A stretch of DNA of 64,000 nt from an uncultured delta proteobacterium (GCA_963796685.1 CAWCMR010000006.1:192001-256000); one strand, 5' to 3'; positions 28,390-38,953 are shown, numbered from the stretch's first letter. Notes: a model not told the origin generated them from the letters alone. A program made the numbers and translations.

Positions 28390-30713
28390 GTGCGAAGGTG
28401 CGATTCGGAGTGCGATTCGGAGCAACTGTCGGATTGTGCTTGGCCGCCTGCTGGCCTCGCCCAGCCGCAGCCCAAGAACCGCTCGACGGAGGGCAAGAAG
28501 CTGCCCCGCAACCGCTGGCGGCAAGCCCGGACGGCGGCACTCCCGACTTACCGCCAGCTCCGACTGTCGCGCAAGAGCCGGTGAGCCCCGTGGCCACGAA
28601 GGAAGCCGCCTCGCCGCCAGCGCCGACGGCTGTTGCGCCGGAGCTGGCTGTTTCGCCGGAGCCGGCCCCCGACGTCACGGTGCTTGGCCAGAGGGAACGG
28701 ACGACCGGAACGAGTGAGTCCGTCCTATCGCGACAGACGATTGCATCCCTGCCCGGAGGTGACACGCAACCGCTTGCCTACGCGCTGGCGACTCAGCCCG
28801 GGTTCGTCGCCGACACGTTCGGTTTCGGGCTCCACGTGCGCGGCGCCGATGGCGGCTTGCTCTACGTGGTCGATGGCATTCCTCTTTTGGCCGCCCCGCT
28901 CGGGGAATTTGGCGCCACGATGGGCTTTATCCCGACCAGGTTGGTGCAGAACGTTCGCGTTCTGACGGGCGGTTTTCCGGCAGAATTTGGTTCTGGGCTT
29001 GGTGCCGTGATCGACATAACCACGTGCCACGCTCTCGGTGGCCCATCTGGGGAAGCGGAAGCCGCGTACGGATCCTATGGCACGACCCATTACGCCTTCA
29101 ACTATTCCCAGGAGATCGGAAAGCTCAGCCTCTTCATGGCGGGCGATTTCCAGAACACCAACCGCGGGTTCGACCCACCATCGGTGACCCCCATCCTTCA
29201 CGACGGCATGACCTCGGGCAGCGGCTTTCTGCGCCTGGACTACCAACTTCGCGAGAGCGACCACATCGAGCTCGTCACGACCTTCAATCAGAGTCGGTTT
29301 CAGATCCCGATCGACCCGACCTTGCTGCCTCTTTCCCAAGCCCCGGCAGGAGCGGTCCGGGGGGCCGACGCCTACGGTAACGATCCTCCTCCCTTCGTGC
29401 CTTACGATGCAGACCCGGTCGAGACCGAACGCAATGTCTTCGCGGCGGTTTCCTACAAGCATGTCGGCGCAGCGGGCACCTTGCAGGTTGCCCCCTTCTT
29501 CCGCGAAGCGTACGGAAAGCTCACCTGCGATCCTGCCGGATCGCTCGGTCCGACCGCGGATCCTGGCTCTGCCTGCGGCGATGTTCGCAGGGATGTCCTT
29601 CACGGAGGCGGGCTGGCCTCGCTCACGTGGGCACAAGGCCTGCGGCACATCTGGAAGACAGGCCTGCTGGTCGATGCGGCCCGCAGCAATGTGGATTACA
29701 CGGCCTACTTCCGCGACGATGTCGCCCCTTCCGGCGGTGCAGATCCGGCGCAGACCCTGTCAGGCAGTGATAGTACCAACGTGCTTGGCGCGGGGGCTTT
29801 TCTGCAAGACCAAATCCTGCTTGGGAAGGTGACAATCCTTGCCGGTGCCAGGCTCGACATCGAGAGTGCGTCCTTCCTTCACAGCGACGAGCCGTCGTTG
29901 TTTCTCCTCGGGCCAAGCGCCCGGCTGGGACTTAGCTACGCCGTCACGACCAACCTCACGCTGCACGGATTCGCCGGATACTTGTGGCAACCGCCGAGCA
30001 CGATCGACGCGCCCGTTGCAGGTCGCATCCTCGTTCCTTCGCTGGCCGGGCAGACTCTTCCCGTCGATATCAAGGCAGAAAAGGATTGGTCTGCGGAGCT
30101 GGGCATCACCGAGCGTCTGCTGCGCGGGTTGACCTTGGACCTCACTGGTTGGGGCCGCATCGCCAGCGATCAGCTCGACCGCGTGAACGTGGGCACCACC
30201 AACCTCGTCGCCAGCTACAATTTCGAACGCGGGCGTGCCGCCGGGGTCGAGGCCTCCTGCAAGCTGAACGGCGGCAACAACGCCGACGGTTTCGCGAACT
30301 TGGGATGGCAGCTCGCGCAGGGCTCGGGCATCAGCTCCGAAAAATTTCTGTTCAGTCCGGCCGAGGTAGCTGACAAGAGCTGGGTGATGCTCGATCACGT
30401 GCAGACATGGACAGCCAACGTCGGGGTCGATCTTCACGACGCCCCCGCGAGCACGCACGTGTCAGCCCTGCTGAACTACGGCAGCGGACTGCGTACCGGC
30501 CCCGACAGCAACGAGACGGTGCCGTCGCATGTGGTCGTCGACCTCACGCTTCGCCACCGCTTCGATATCTCGCACCTGCACCCCGAGATAGCCATCGACG
30601 TCTTCAACTTGTTCAACCAAGTCTATGCCTATCGCATCGGTACCGGCTACGTCGGCAGCGCCTACGGTCCGCTACGGCGAGTCTTCGTGCGTCTCGCGGT
30701 TCCGTTTTCCTGA
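28386..30713 (+). CDS. TonB-dependent outer-membrane receptor
   Basis: Signal peptide, Pro-rich linker, plug (HVRG..YVVDGIP..GGFPAEFG..GAVIDI), C-terminal DVFNLFN...VRLAVPF. Confidence 0.9.
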   Translation: MSAKVRFGVRFGATVGLCLAACWPRPAAAQEPLDGGQEAAPQPLAASPDGGTPDLPPAPTVAQEPVSPVATKEAASPPAPTAVAPELAVSPEPAPDVTVLGQRERTTGTSESVLSRQTIASLPGGDTQPLAYALATQPGFVADTFGFGLHVRGADGGLLYVVDGIPLLAAPLGEFGATMGFIPTRLVQNVRVLTGGFPAEFGSGLGAVIDITTCHALGGPSGEAEAAYGSYGTTHYAFNYSQEIGKLSLFMAGDFQNTNRGFDPPSVTPILHDGMTSGSGFLRLDYQLRESDHIELVTTFNQSRFQIPIDPTLLPLSQAPAGAVRGADAYGNDPPPFVPYDADPVETERNVFAAVSYKHVGAAGTLQVAPFFREAYGKLTCDPAGSLGPTADPGSACGDVRRDVLHGGGLASLTWAQGLRHIWKTGLLVDAARSNVDYTAYFRDDVAPSGGADPAQTLSGSDSTNVLGAGAFLQDQILLGKVTILAGARLDIESASFLHSDEPSLFLLGPSARLGLSYAVTTNLTLHGFAGYLWQPPSTIDAPVAGRILVPSLAGQTLPVDIKAEKDWSAELGITERLLRGLTLDLTGWGRIASDQLDRVNVGTTNLVASYNFERGRAAGVEASCKLNGGNNADGFANLGWQLAQGSGISSEKFLFSPAEVADKSWVMLDHVQTWTANVGVDLHDAPASTHVSALLNYGSGLRTGPDSNETVPSHVVVDLTLRHRFDISHLHPEIAIDVFNLFNQVYAYRIGTGYVGSAYGPLRRVFVRLAVPFS

Positions 30714-31251
30714 GCAGGCTCGTGGCGTCCTGGCGATCCCAGGCTGCCGTCTCGCGAGCAATCATGGCCTCAATTTCGTGCTCTGGGGTCATCTTCGCTT
30801 TCTCCTCAACGCCTTGCAACAGTGGTGCGCAAACGCCGAGAGTCTGCAAGGCTGTTCGATGGCGGCGGCACAAACCTCGCATATAGGTGTATCACTCAAA
30901 GTCGCACGCGTAGGACAGGGTCTGACCTGCCATGGAGGGGCAGACCTCGTGGTGTACCTGTGCCAAGAAGGTCTGCACAGTCTGCTGGCTAGAAGACGCT
31001 CCATCCGCAGGCGAAGGGGATGCGATCGCCAGCCAAGCATGGCCATCGATAGTCGGCCACCGAGTCCAGCCATGCCTGCTTCATGGAGTCGGAATCGCCG
31101 AAAACCGCGTTGTCGATGACTCGGCCCTCGCCGTCAAGGAGCAATCGGTGGGTTCGCCGGATTTCTGGCGGCGACGGTGGGCCGACGGTGGACAAGAAAA
31201 AGGTCGCCCTGGACCGGCGATCTAGATCATCGTAACGCTTATCGAAAACTT

Positions 31252-31295
31252 GGTGGAGCTGAACAGGATCGAACTGTCGGCCTCCTGAATGCCAT
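31252..31295 (-). repeat. att direct repeat: displaced 3' half of tRNA-Ala
   Basis: 44 bp identical to 47503-47546; this copy ends in CCA (TGG at 31251-31253). Confidence 0.95.
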
Positions 31296-31389
31296 AGAGC
31301 CGAATAGCCTAAATCACCCGAGAAAACCTAGACGTGGCGGGGACTTACAGTCACACAGAGTCACGGAGCGCCATGCTCCGCCACGCTAG

Positions 31390-31412
31390 AAGTGGGGATT
31401 TAGGTGGGGATC
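31390..31412 (+). other. Candidate integrase arm-type binding sites, left
   Basis: AAGTGGGGATTTAGGTGGGGATC, 22/23 identical to 47409-47431 at the other end. Confidence 0.65.
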
Positions 31413-31496
31413 TTAGGGGGCGCCTACACCTCTTGATAGGGGGAACCGTTGAAGCGGGCCGCGCTAGAGATCGTCAAACTAGCCAAAGGGATCGAC

Positions 31497-31802
31497 ATGC
31501 AAACCCACGTGAAGGTGATCGGACTCCTCGCATTCCTCGCTGCCGCGCCCGCCGTGGCCGACTGCCGAATCTACAACGAAACACGCTATAGCTTCGAGGT
31601 CGATTCCGGAGACGCCTACAGGCAGGCTCTCGGGCCACATCAGGAATCCCAATTCGCCCGTGGGCACATGACCGCATCGGGCGAAGACGACGCAGGGCAT
31701 ACGGCAACTTTTGGGGGCTTCTGCGGCGACGGGGATCGGTACGTGGTGAGGGTGGTTCGCGGCTCGCGTGGCGAATGGATTCCGGTCTTGCTGCGGAGGT
31801 AG
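31497..31802 (+). CDS. Small secreted hypothetical protein
   Basis: Signal peptide ending AVA-D; 101 aa. Confidence 0.6.
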   Translation: MQTHVKVIGLLAFLAAAPAVADCRIYNETRYSFEVDSGDAYRQALGPHQESQFARGHMTASGEDDAGHTATFGGFCGDGDRYVVRVVRGSRGEWIPVLLRR

Positions 31803-31851
31803 TGACATGCACAAGACACCACGCACGAGGGAACCGAAACAGCCAACGTCG

Positions 31852-32875
31852 CTAGTTGACTATTCCCAATCCCCTCAAGCCCAGAAGCGACGAGGTGCCA
31901 GTCAGGGTTCCCCTAAGCCTGTAGGAGGTCCCCTTTCGTAGTCCCATGACGAACGCCCTAGCTCGCTCGGGATATGAGAATCTGGATGTCCTGGATCAAC
32001 GACCTTGATCTAGGGGAGCACTTGGCCTGCACCGAAAATCCCCCAAGGATGTCCGAACTAACCTCGGTGATACTGAGTTCCCACTCGAACCCCTTGCCTC
32101 TGTACGGCTTCCACGCTTCGTCCATCTGCAGGTCCGACAGGCCAGAAGCCGTCCCGAATTTCTCGGCAACCTCCAAGCACGTCTCGTCGACATAGGTGAG
32201 GTCTTGCGCTTGCCTGACTACGGGGCTGGGTTGCGCGTATGAAGCGGGTTGCACGGTCGCCGTGTACGCTGACGAGCTTTCCGCCGCCCTGTTCAGGTTT
32301 CTCATCGAAAAGAACATTAGGACCATCCATCCCAAGGCAAGAAATCGCTGTTTCGTAGAGTGCCCTTTTCTCAGCGTGAACCACGCGAAAATGTACGGGA
32401 GAAAGACAATCCCCAAAACCAAACCGGTGCCGAGTTCTTTGCCAGGGTCACCACCGCCGAGATCACATTGCATCTTGAGATAGTTCCACAAGCCAGTGCC
32501 AAGCTTTCTTGCCGGCGGCTTCGCCTGCTGTGTCTTCGGGATCTGCGCCGATGAAGCCGGCCGGGCGCTGGTTTGGGGCAATGGTTGCCGAGGTGCTTCC
32601 GGTGGTTGTGCTTGTCCAGAGGTGGCAGCGCGCTGGCCTACCGTGAGTGGTGGCGGCTGCGCTGGTTGAGCGCTCCCAGCGCTGGCGACCATATACCCAG
32701 GAAGCGACGGTGGTGGCGCGTTCCCGGCATCGGAAGCGTTGTGTCCCACGACCGTTTGTTGCGCCGGGCGTACCGATTTGACGTCAGCGGGACGGTTCGG
32801 CCTTCCACAATGCGGACACGCGATAGCTTCCGTGCTGAGTCGGCCAGCGCAATCGGGGCATTTTACCAGAGCCAT
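31852..32875 (-). CDS. Zinc-ribbon / Pro-rich / 2-TM / OB-fold-like protein, probable frameshift near 31978
   Basis: MALVKCPDC..CPHCG; ORF stops at 31958 but the shifted frame continues SYPERARAFVMGLRKGTSYRLRGTL..* to 31852. Confidence 0.65.
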
Positions 32876-33188
32876 GGGGCCTCCCGGTTCCATCGTCTCA
32901 CCGGGCGGGATCCTGTCAAGCCGGAGTTGGAATACCTTCTTGTCCGGGCCCGCGTCCGAACGGGCCCGCATCCGGGGCCGGCCGAACATGGCGGAGGTTG
33001 CCCAAGAAGTGGGCCGTGTGCGGGACGGGGGCGCATGTAGGCCGTGCCGTGCGCCGCCGTCGTGTCGGCGTCCTTCAAGCTCGGCCCAATTCCGGCACGC
33101 CTTCCTGCCCTGCATGCACGGGATCTTGGGCGCACAAACGCCGGCATTTCATCGAGGACAAGGTCTGGCACCGCGCGGGGCTGAAACG

Positions 33189-34388
33189 CTACTTGCACGA
33201 CACCTTGGCCGAACGGCCCACCAGCATTCGGTAGCCTTCTGTCTGCTCTGCAAGCGTCTCTTCCCAAAGGCGCAGATTCTCTTTCAATTCTTGCAAGTCG
33301 CTAAGGCTAAGCACGCCCGTGCGCTTTGCGTATCGATGCTCTTCGGCGATTTGACGCTTCGTCTCGGCAATGCTGGCGCGAAGGTCGCAAATTGACTCCG
33401 TGACCTCCGCAATCTTGCGCTTGAGAGACTTGGCGTTCGCGTCCGCAGTCCTTCGATCCATGCAGTCTTCATCGGCTCGACAAGATTTCTCAGCCGCCCA
33501 TGTCTTTCTGAACAGCGCAAGTTGATCGGGCGCGTCACCTTCATCGCCGAGACACAGCAAGTTGCTTTCAACTGCTGCGACCTCCGCTTCCTTCCATGCC
33601 GTGGAATCTCCTGCGGGGCGGTAGGTCACCATTACCTCACGCAGAACCCTGAGAGAGTATGCCGCTTTGACGGGAGCTGGTGCGTCCGCTGCCGTACGCG
33701 GACGGGACGCCATTGCTTTCCTCATAAAAGCTTGGTCGTGCACCGGTAGTGGCTTGAGCATCTGATCAAAATCGGCGAGTTGTTCTTCGCTAACAGAAGG
33801 GGAACTTTTTACAAAATCTCTGAGAGCGGCGAGAAGGTCACACCCGGTCAGCTTTGAGATCTCTTTCCAGTGATCTTCGCGCAGCATCTCGCGCACAGTG
33901 GCCGCGATGCTGGCGGCCATTCTAGCCAGTTCCGCCCGATCAGCGTCTGAGAGCGGTAGCTTTGTCGCTTGCAGTAGGATTTCGTTCTTTTGTCGTAGGC
34001 TCCCGCATTCGTTTCTCATTTGAGCCATCTGTCCGCAAGCGAATGCTGCCCTCAACCCCTCTAGGCAGAAGTAGCGCGTTAGCTCGACCATCCTACGTGG
34101 CGCGCCTTGTAACCGGGCAAGACCGTAGTGACATGTATTTAGGGCAGGCAGAGGCTGCTCTTCGATTCCACGCATACCCCGGACTGGTGTGTATGCCGCA
34201 CGCTTTTCTAGGTACTCAAGAGGATCAGTGTTTGAATTCCGCGTATCCTCGTCAATCCGCCAGGTGCCATTTCCGCCGATGTCGATGGCCCGTGAGAATC
34301 TCGGCGATATGCGCAAAGTCGGGGCTTCTTGCGCAAAGACCGGCGTAGCCACACAAAGAAGGGACAGAAACCCAAAGCTATGGCGCAT
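33189..34388 (-). CDS. Secreted hypothetical protein with C-terminal coiled coil
   Basis: Signal peptide ending VFA-Q; 399-aa ORF with lower-GC codon usage. Confidence 0.65.
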   Translation of the reverse strand: MRHSFGFLSLLCVATPVFAQEAPTLRISPRFSRAIDIGGNGTWRIDEDTRNSNTDPLEYLEKRAAYTPVRGMRGIEEQPLPALNTCHYGLARLQGAPRRMVELTRYFCLEGLRAAFACGQMAQMRNECGSLRQKNEILLQATKLPLSDADRAELARMAASIAATVREMLREDHWKEISKLTGCDLLAALRDFVKSSPSVSEEQLADFDQMLKPLPVHDQAFMRKAMASRPRTAADAPAPVKAAYSLRVLREVMVTYRPAGDSTAWKEAEVAAVESNLLCLGDEGDAPDQLALFRKTWAAEKSCRADEDCMDRRTADANAKSLKRKIAEVTESICDLRASIAETKRQIAEEHRYAKRTGVLSLSDLQELKENLRLWEETLAEQTEGYRMLVGRSAKVSCK

Positions 34389-34722
34389 GTCCAGACTCTA
34401 AGCGCATTTGCGCCGCTCGAATAGGGGGCCCGCTGTGGCATTGATTAAGACCGTGGCCGCGATCGAGACCGTGGCCGCGCTCGAGACCGTTAGCGCCGAC
34501 CGATGTCGCCACCGGCGTGACGAGGTCCCTTTTTCACCAGGATCACCGGTGCCCAGGGACCCAGGCAGGCAAGAAACTGGCGATGAGCGGGGCGGGCGGC
34601 GAGGCTGGCGGGCAACGACGGCTGTAGATAGAAAGAAGGCCCGGAGTTCCCGCTCCGAGCCTTCTTGGGGCAGCACCCAAGCGCCGCACACCTGACCAAA
34701 TAGCGACGGTCTTGGCCAGGAT

Positions 34723-35358
34723 GTGGCCAGGTGGCGGCGATGTCCAGTTCTTCGGCCTCGCCGAGGACCACTGGAAATTCGAGCACGACAATGCAGGCAC
34801 TGCGACCAGACGTTTTGGGTCCACCGGCGGTGCGACCACGGACATGCCTATTGCTCCACGACCTGTAAGAAGCAGGGCCGAAAGCGGACCGCAGCGAAAG
34901 CCCGCCGGAAGCACAGGGCCAGCCCCGAAGGACGCGCTGACCACCGGGACAACCAGCGCGCCTACCGCGCCCGCAAGCGCGAGGGCCACGTGGGGGATCA
35001 TGGTTCCGAAAAGTTGACGGCTCAGGCATCTGTGGTCGCGGACGACACGGAGACCGCCGATGAATGCGACACGCTTGACCTTCACCTTGCGGCCCCTTTT
35101 CGATGGGGCCTATACCCAGCTCTCACTACAGGGACCGGTGGCGACGGTGCCACAGCATCGGGAAGTGCGACGGCTGATGTCGCTGCTCTGGCTGTGGCAC
35201 GGACATCCCCTCGATGTTGTGTTGTGTGCGGACGGGACGAATGCGGGCGCTTGCTGGCTGGAGATCTGGGAGGACGTGCTTGGTCGCGTGCCCGGCCGCC
35301 ACCTCGACATTCGGTATCTCTATCTCCGCGACACGCTTGCCCAAGGTGCAGGCCATGA
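34723..35358 (+). CDS. IS21-associated Cys-rich, basic accessory protein
   Basis: CRHC..HRRCDHGHAYCSTTC, Arg-rich helix, C-terminal CVVCG; stop overlaps the istA ATG. Confidence 0.6.
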   Translation: MARWRRCPVLRPRRGPLEIRARQCRHCDQTFWVHRRCDHGHAYCSTTCKKQGRKRTAAKARRKHRASPEGRADHRDNQRAYRARKREGHVGDHGSEKLTAQASVVADDTETADECDTLDLHLAAPFRWGLYPALTTGTGGDGATASGSATADVAALAVARTSPRCCVVCGRDECGRLLAGDLGGRAWSRARPPPRHSVSLSPRHACPRCRP

Positions 35359-36902
35359 GCGCTGAGGAAGAGCTGTTTTCTCAGCGTCGAGCCGAGGTAC
35401 TGCGGCTGACCTACGCCGAGAATCTCGGGATTCGCGCCATCGCTCGTCGCTTGGGGATCGCGCGCAAGACGGTGCGCAGGCTGCTCGACGGAGATCGAGC
35501 GATCAAGAAGGCGCAAGCTGCACCTCGGACGCGACTACTCGAACGGTATGACGGAGCCATTCGGCAGATTCTGGACGACACGCCTGAGATGCGTGCACCC
35601 GCGATGTTGGAGCGTCTGCGCACGCTCGGCTATCACGGCGGCATCACCATTGTGCGCAACCGACTGCGCCAGTTGCGTCCGCACGTCGAGAAGGAGGCAT
35701 TCCTGACCTTGGACTTCAAGGCCGGCGCGGCAGCGCAGGTGGACTGGGCCGACTTCGGTTTCGCCCTGCCGGGCTGTACGCGCAGGCTGAGCGCCTTCGT
35801 GATGGTGATGTGCTACTCGCGTTTGCTCTACCTGGAATTCACGCTGAGCCAGTCCATGGGCTCGTTTCTTCGCTGCATGGAACGCGGCCTGCGCTTCTTC
35901 GGCGGCAGCACTACCGTCGACATCTTCGACAACATGAAGACCGTGGTCACCTCGCACACGCCGACGGCCACGGTCTTCAATCCGAAGTTTCTGGCCTATG
36001 CACGCGCGCGACAGTTTGGCGCCGTCGCCTGCAACGTCGCTCGCGGCAACGAGAAGGGACTCGTCGAGCGCCCCATCGGCTTCGTGCGCGAGCGCTTCTG
36101 GCCGGGCTGCAGGCCCTCCGACCTCATCGACGTCAACGTCAAGGCCGCCGCCTGGCGCGACAACTTCGCCAACAACCGCGTCCACGAGATCACCGGCAAG
36201 GTCCCGTCACTGGTCTTCGAGCACGACGAGCGCAGGGCTTTGCGCCCCATCCAAGACGTCTCGTTCAATACCGACGACGTCCACACCGCCACCGTCAGCA
36301 AGACCTTTCGCGTCCGCTTCGACCGAAACCTCTATTCCGTGCCACCGCGACTGGTCGACCAACTGGTCCTGGTCCGCGGCACCGATCACGATGTGTCCGT
36401 CTTTCTCGGCCCCAAGCTCGTCGCTTCTCACGAGCGCTCCTGGGACACCAACAAGGACATCGAAGATCCCGTACATCGCCTGGCCGTGCTGGCCAAGAAG
36501 CCGCGCTCCCAACCTGGCGAGCTGCCGCCCGGCCTCACCGGCCTCGGTGTCCCGGGCATTCAATACTTCAAGATCCTCGCCGCAGGGTCGCGGTCGCTTC
36601 GTCGCGAAACCGTGCGCCTGGTCTTTCTCGCCGAGCTGTTCGGTGAATCCGCCACGGCCAGTGCCATCGAAGAGGTCATGCACACAGGCCACGTCGGCGT
36701 CGAGTATGTCGAGTATGTCTTGCGCCACAAGAAGGGCCTGGTGCCCTGTGCGCCGCCACTGCGCCTCGGCGATCCAGCGCTCGACAGCATTTCTCTCCGC
36801 GAGCCGGACCTTTCCCTCTACGACACCATGGTGGCGCCGGCGATGACCCGCGACCCCGGCGAGCTGCCAGACGAACACACCGCTCAAGGAGATCCACCAT
36901 GA
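35355..36902 (+). CDS. istA: IS21 transposase IstA
   Basis: N-terminal HTH (IRAIARRLGIARKTVRR), AQVDW, FDNMKT, EKGLVER DDE motifs, NLYSVP. Confidence 0.93.
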   Translation: MSAEEELFSQRRAEVLRLTYAENLGIRAIARRLGIARKTVRRLLDGDRAIKKAQAAPRTRLLERYDGAIRQILDDTPEMRAPAMLERLRTLGYHGGITIVRNRLRQLRPHVEKEAFLTLDFKAGAAAQVDWADFGFALPGCTRRLSAFVMVMCYSRLLYLEFTLSQSMGSFLRCMERGLRFFGGSTTVDIFDNMKTVVTSHTPTATVFNPKFLAYARARQFGAVACNVARGNEKGLVERPIGFVRERFWPGCRPSDLIDVNVKAAAWRDNFANNRVHEITGKVPSLVFEHDERRALRPIQDVSFNTDDVHTATVSKTFRVRFDRNLYSVPPRLVDQLVLVRGTDHDVSVFLGPKLVASHERSWDTNKDIEDPVHRLAVLAKKPRSQPGELPPGLTGLGVPGIQYFKILAAGSRSLRRETVRLVFLAELFGESATASAIEEVMHTGHVGVEYVEYVLRHKKGLVPCAPPLRLGDPALDSISLREPDLSLYDTMVAPAMTRDPGELPDEHTAQGDPP

Positions 36903-37657
36903 CAGCTCGCCAAGACACACCTCAACTCGAACTCCTCGTCGAGAAGCTGCGCTGGCTGCGCCTGCCCGGCATGGCCGCCGCGGTCAAAGACCTCATCGAA
37001 CGCGCCGCCAAGGACAACCTCACCCCATGCGCCGTCGTCGACTGCTTGTGCGACAGTGAGAAGCACAGCCGCATTTGCAGCTCTATCGAGCGCAGGATCA
37101 AGGACGCCAGGTTTCCCGAGATCAACACCGTCGATGCCTTCGACTTCGATTTCGACCCCGCCCGCAAGCGCCTGCGCGCCCGCTACCTGGCCCTGCACGA
37201 CCTCGACTTCATCGCCAAGGGCACCAACGCCATCTTCATCGGCAATCCCGGCACGGGAAAGACCTTCCTAGCGCGGGCACTTGCCTTCAAAGCCTGCCAG
37301 GCCCAGAAGCGCGTCGTCTTCACCTCGGCGCCTCGCATGCTCACCGACCTACACGGTGCCGACATCCACGGCTCCCTCGACCGCGCCCTTCGCCGCTACG
37401 TCCGAGCCGATTTGCTCGCCGTCGATGATTTCGCAGTCCTCGCCATGGACCCCGCCCAGGCCAAGCTCGCCTTCCAGGTCATCGCCGAACGCTACGATTA
37501 CCGTCGGACAACTCTGGTCACTACCAACAGAGCGTTTAAGGATTGGACCAAGGTCTTCCCCGACCCGCTCAACGCCGAGGTGATCGCCAAGCGCCTCACC
37601 GAGCGTGCTGAGACCTTCATCCTCGATGGGAAAGGCTACAAGCCGAACAGTCCCTGA
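36899..37657 (+). CDS. istB: IS21 helper AAA+ ATPase IstB
   Basis: LRLPGM, ARFP, FDFDF, GNPGTGKT, LLAVDD, TTN. Confidence 0.95.
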   Translation: MTARQDTPQLELLVEKLRWLRLPGMAAAVKDLIERAAKDNLTPCAVVDCLCDSEKHSRICSSIERRIKDARFPEINTVDAFDFDFDPARKRLRARYLALHDLDFIAKGTNAIFIGNPGTGKTFLARALAFKACQAQKRVVFTSAPRMLTDLHGADIHGSLDRALRRYVRADLLAVDDFAVLAMDPAQAKLAFQVIAERYDYRRTTLVTTNRAFKDWTKVFPDPLNAEVIAKRLTERAETFILDGKGYKPNSP

Positions 37658-38145
37658 GTGCAATTCCGCCTGTCCGGGAAGGAACCCAACAGCCCCGCCC
37701 GCCGACGCCCCTCGTCGGCGCAGGCCCTACGCCGACCTCTGGCCGCCGGGTTACGCAGGGATTTGCCTCCGCGCCACCAGGTGGGCTCCTGGTACCCGGT
37801 GAAACTGGTGAAAGTGGTACCCTTGGATGCCGTCGGCGACACGACCGAGCCGCCTTTGCAAGTTGGATCGCAATCAAGGCCCTGGCTCGGACCGAGGTTG
37901 TGGGTTCTGGCGGGCCAATTCTCTGGGCGAAAAAATCTTCTGAAAAGTAATTGCGCACGACATGAATGACTACTTGCGCCAGCTCCGATTTCTGAAAAAA
38001 ATTCCTCAGACCGGTCCGAAGGATAAGCACGCCACCTGGGTGCGTTGTCGCATAAACGAGGGCGAGAACCCCCACCCCCTCACGTGTGGGTGCATGGCGG
38101 CCGGCATGAGTGCCTACCCACGTTGACCGAGGCCACCGCGATCGG

Positions 38146-38175
38146 CTGTACAAACACCGCTCGGCTTTTGTACAG
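38146..38175. promoter_or_regulatory. Inverted repeat upstream of the serine recombinase (operator or res-like site)
   Basis: CTGTACAAA-N12-TTTGTACAG, followed by TTGACA at 38194. Confidence 0.45.
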
Positions 38176-38227
38176 AACAACAAACATCAATGGTTGACAA
38201 TCTATAACAATGATACACAATAGGATC

Positions 38228-38953
38228 ATGGCAAAGCGAATTCAACCAGGCGATCCCAAGGTGGCCGTTGGCTATGTTCGGGTTTCCACGGACGAACAGA
38301 GCTTGGGCCCAGAGGCACAGCGGAACGCTATCGAGAAGTGGGCGCAGTCGCGCGGCGTACGTGTGGCGATTGTCCTTGAGGACTTCGGTATCAGCGGCGG
38401 CGCATCGGCCGAGAAGAGGCCCGGCCTACTGGCTGCCTTGGCGGCGCTTCGGGACAACAACGCGGGTATGTTGGTGGCCGCCAAGCGCGACCGCATCGCA
38501 AGGGACACGGTGATCGCCGCCATGGTTGAACAGGCCGCCCAGAGGGCCGGTGCCGTTCTCACCACCGCGGACGGCGCTAGCGATGGCGTAGGGCCCGAGG
38601 GCGCGCTTATGCGTGGGATCGTCGACGTGTTCGCAGCCTACGAGCGAGGAGTCATCAAGTCCCGGACGAAAGCGGCCCTCGGCGTGAAGAAGGCGCGGAA
38701 CGAGTGCGTCGGACAAGTGCCCTACGGGTTCGAGCTGGCGGCCGATGGTGTCCACCTTGCCGAGGCTGCAGGCGAGCAAGCCACGATCGAGAAGATCCGC
38801 GCGCTGCGGACTAGCGGCTTGTCCCTTCGTGGGGTGACCGCGGAATGTGCTCGCCTTGGTTTGGTTTCCCGATCTGGAAAGCCGTTCATGCTCACGTCAA
38901 TCGCGAATATTCTGCACGCGAACGAGATCACCCATGAAAGGGTGGCAGCATGA
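38228..38953 (+). CDS. Serine recombinase (resolvase catalytic domain + partial recombinase domain)
   Basis: GYVRVSTDEQ, SG...RPGL, DRIAR, YERGVIKSRT, PYGF. Confidence 0.9.
   Translation: MAKRIQPGDPKVAVGYVRVSTDEQSLGPEAQRNAIEKWAQSRGVRVAIVLEDFGISGGASAEKRPGLLAALAALRDNNAGMLVAAKRDRIARDTVIAAMVEQAAQRAGAVLTTADGASDGVGPEGALMRGIVDVFAAYERGVIKSRTKAALGVKKARNECVGQVPYGFELAADGVHLAEAAGEQATIEKIRALRTSGLSLRGVTAECARLGLVSRSGKPFMLTSIANILHANEITHERVAA

Larger units (their letters stand above)
34504..37841 (+). mobile_element. IS21-family insertion sequence, 3338 bp
   Basis: Imperfect terminal IRs TGTCGCC...TTTCACCAG..TCACCGG; 7-bp target duplication CGACCGA at 34497-34503 and 37842-37848; istA and istB. Confidence 0.93.

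Noticed and set aside
14040-31250. Integron cassette array
   Set aside because: TA and hypothetical genes are suggestive, but orientations are mixed and I found no recurring attC structures or integron integrase.
31251-31295. Second tRNA-Ala gene
   Set aside because: Only the 3' half from the anticodon loop onward is present; it is the att duplication.
31349-31362. 14-bp AGTCACACAGAGTC also at 47635-47648
   Set aside because: Offsets from the att core differ and the second copy is outside the element; cannot be distinguished from chance.
34434-34495. GACCGTGGCCGCG 18-bp-period repeats as the IS21 left end
   Set aside because: The true end is fixed at 34504 by the IR and 7-bp duplication; these repeats lie outside, in the target sequence, and their role is unknown.
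37617-38183. Gene interrupted by the IS21 (joins in frame to 34398-34503 on the minus strand)
   Set aside because: The rejoined frame is open on both strands but has no recognisable motif or RBS; not supportable as a gene.
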